From: Folioceros fuciformis
Taxonomy: Eukaryota
Assembly (NCBI GenBank): GCA_049999805.1
Contig: JBNGIO010006333.1
Coordinates: forward strand, 114,802-154,056
Direction of reading: 5' to 3'
Length of the DNA: 39,255 bases
In this document: positions 38,068-39,255 of the stretch, piece after piece
How the letters are laid out: each line of letters opens with the position of its first letter
How positions within the stretch are numbered: position 1 is the stretch's first letter
Made by a program: the position numbers and the translations under genes
The notes under the pieces: model-generated
What the model was told of the DNA's origin: nothing
Seen by the model: only the letters and a program-made list of their open reading frames with translations
Database searches by the model: none

Positions 38068-38541
38068 TCACGCGCCTCTTTCTTTCTTTGGCATGTACAA
38101 TCCTAGAGCAGACAGTTCCCTTAGCAGGTCTTTGTATTCGTCCACTGTCAGCTGCTTGTCGTCCTCCCTCATCTCTACTCCTGCCCCGGCCTGTTCCTTG
38201 AGTTGGGCTATGCGAGCCTGGGCTTCCTCCAGCAGCCCCTCCAACCTACTGCACTCAACATCTGCCCAAGCTAGGTTCAACAACGTGCGCCTGCAGGCCG
38301 TGGTTGGCCATATCTTCTGTGAAGTTGTGAGACTGCTTGAACCCTGGAATTCTTCTTTCAGGCTTTGGCTTCTGTTCTCCAGTTGCTTCTGGCTTGATAG
38401 CCTATAGCTCACAGATTTGATCATGCTGAGCATGAGCCTTACAATTGATGGCGCTGCAAGGAAGGTAATGGCTGTAATTTCCAGCAATAAGAGGGATAGG
38501 GCGAACCACGCAATAGGATTGTCACTTATGTCTCTACCCAT
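38068..38541 (-). CDS. Antisense extra ORF of element B: N-terminal transmembrane helix + coiled coil (157 aa from ATG 38541), function unknown
   Basis: MGRDISDNPIAWFALSLLLLEITAITFLAAPSIVRLMLSMI... ...ECSRLEGLLEEAQARIAQLKEQ...DEYKDLLRELSALG; uninterrupted; lies between the pol stop and the PPT. Confidence 0.6.
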   Translation of the reverse strand: MGRDISDNPIAWFALSLLLLEITAITFLAAPSIVRLMLSMIKSVSYRLSSQKQLENRSQSLKEEFQGSSSLTTSQKIWPTTACRRTLLNLAWADVECSRLEGLLEEAQARIAQLKEQAGAGVEMREDDKQLTVDEYKDLLRELSALGLYMPKKERGA

Positions 38542-38638
38542 TGCGAGGAATGGGAATTTGAAGCGCCGTGGCAACCTAGGGTTTACTGCATAAGATTTAA
38601 ATAGCTTTTCACTTTAACCCGTTGAGGTTAAGTAGGAG

Positions 38639-38812
38639 TATTGAATAGATAACCGTCTCGGGTTAAATATACGTAGTTAATTAGGTTAAATACGTTATAC
38701 TATAAATACTCTTGGTACTTCATGTTTCATTTAATTATTTATGTTTTTCATATTCCTCCTGTTCACAAGCATACGTCACTATCAAACTACCCATGCTCTA
38801 TGGATCGGATCA
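38639..38812 (+). repeat. 3' LTR of copia element B
   Basis: Begins TATTGAAT (TG mutated to TA), ends GGATCA; colinear with the 5' LTR with no indels. Confidence 0.95.
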
Positions 38813-38865
38813 GCAGGACCTGCTACAATCGTAACTCCTGCGAATTAGCCCATTGCTAGAGGTGC

Positions 38866-38967
38866 GATGCCCCTCACAGCTTCACCTCCACAGCCCGGCT
38901 TTATTGCACCTCTACAGATGCCCCTCACAGCTTCACCTCCACAGCCCGGCTTTATTGCACCTCTACA
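38866..38967 (+). repeat. Perfect 51-bp (17-codon) tandem duplication in the IN-RT linker of element A
   Basis: gatgcccctcacagcttcacctccacagcccggctttattgcacctctaca x2 (MPLTASPPQPGFIAPLQ x2). Confidence 0.92.
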
Positions 38968-39255
38968 AACCAGCAGCTCTCCAACGAATCCTCAATTCCC
39001 TTTCATCACAACCACCACCTTGGCCCCCTAGGGATCATGTGTCTTGCCCTCCTCGGTCCCGCCTTTCATTCCATGAGGCTTTGGAAAATTCCATCACACC
39101 AATTAGGGCTCCTTCACATTTAGGTATCCCGGGAATTCCAGCCCTCACTTCTCCTCAGTCTGCTGTCCTTGCAGGATTGCTTCCTTCCTTGCAGCTCACA
39201 AGGGGAGAGGGTAGGGAAGACCACAACAATGACCTGCAATTCCACTCGCAAGGTT

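Larger units (their letters stand above)
32213..38812 (+). mobile_element. Full-length Ty1/copia LTR retrotransposon 'B' (6,600 bp), nested in element A, carrying two extra ORFs
   Basis: 174-bp LTRs at 32213-32386 and 38639-38812; TSD GTAGG (32208-32212) / GCAGG (38813-38817); perfect PBS TGGTATCAGAGC 32387-32398; purine-rich PPT GAGGTTAAGTAGGAG 38624-38638; domain order gag-PR-IN-RT-RH. Confidence 0.97.
29508..39255 (+). mobile_element. Degraded Ty1/copia LTR retrotransposon 'A' (host element), interrupted at 32213-38812 by element B and running past the window end
   Basis: Probable 5' LTR TGTTG...TTAACA (~29508-29703); PBS TGGTATCAAAGC (29706-29717, tRNA-iMet, 1 mismatch); gag with CHYCGKRGHIAPNC; protease WLLDSG; CEGCLMGKQ; integrase LVHADLCGP, LRTDNAG, GIKGYRL; Pro-rich linker that resumes in frame after element B. 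Many stops and frameshifts. Confidence 0.88.

Noticed and set aside
38093-38407. 107-codon-scale sense ORF after pol (104 aa) as a Sirevirus-type env
   Set aside because: It is a Ser-rich shadow of the longer, more protein-like antisense ORF.

Overview
Eukaryotic, land-plant genomic window with two 100-N scaffold gaps. The compact genes with ~80-120 nt introns suggest a non-seed plant such as a hornwort; that is inference. Positions 1-~28.9 kb are gene-dense: the 3' part of a DUF707 gene, a PDIA6/PDIL2-type disulfide isomerase, complex I subunit B8 (NDUFA2), a homeobox-DDT RINGLET-type chromatin gene, a ~2,300-aa tail-anchored coiled-coil (golgin/TNO1-like) gene on the minus strand, a plastid FSD3-like Fe-superoxide dismutase, and an intron-containing gene with a microbial-type DUF2945/Hva1 Tudor domain behind paired ABRE/G-boxes. 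From ~29.5 kb to the end lies a decayed Ty1/copia element with a second, complete copia element nested in it (174-bp LTRs, 5-bp TSD). The nested element has two extra genes: a ~206-codon sense ORF upstream of gag and an intact antisense transmembrane + coiled-coil ORF between pol and the 3' LTR. Other notable points are an intron/micro-exon gained by tandem duplication in the RINGLET gene, a duplicated splice acceptor in the golgin-like 5' UTR, and a GC-AG intron. All family assignments come from motif recognition by eye; no database search was run.
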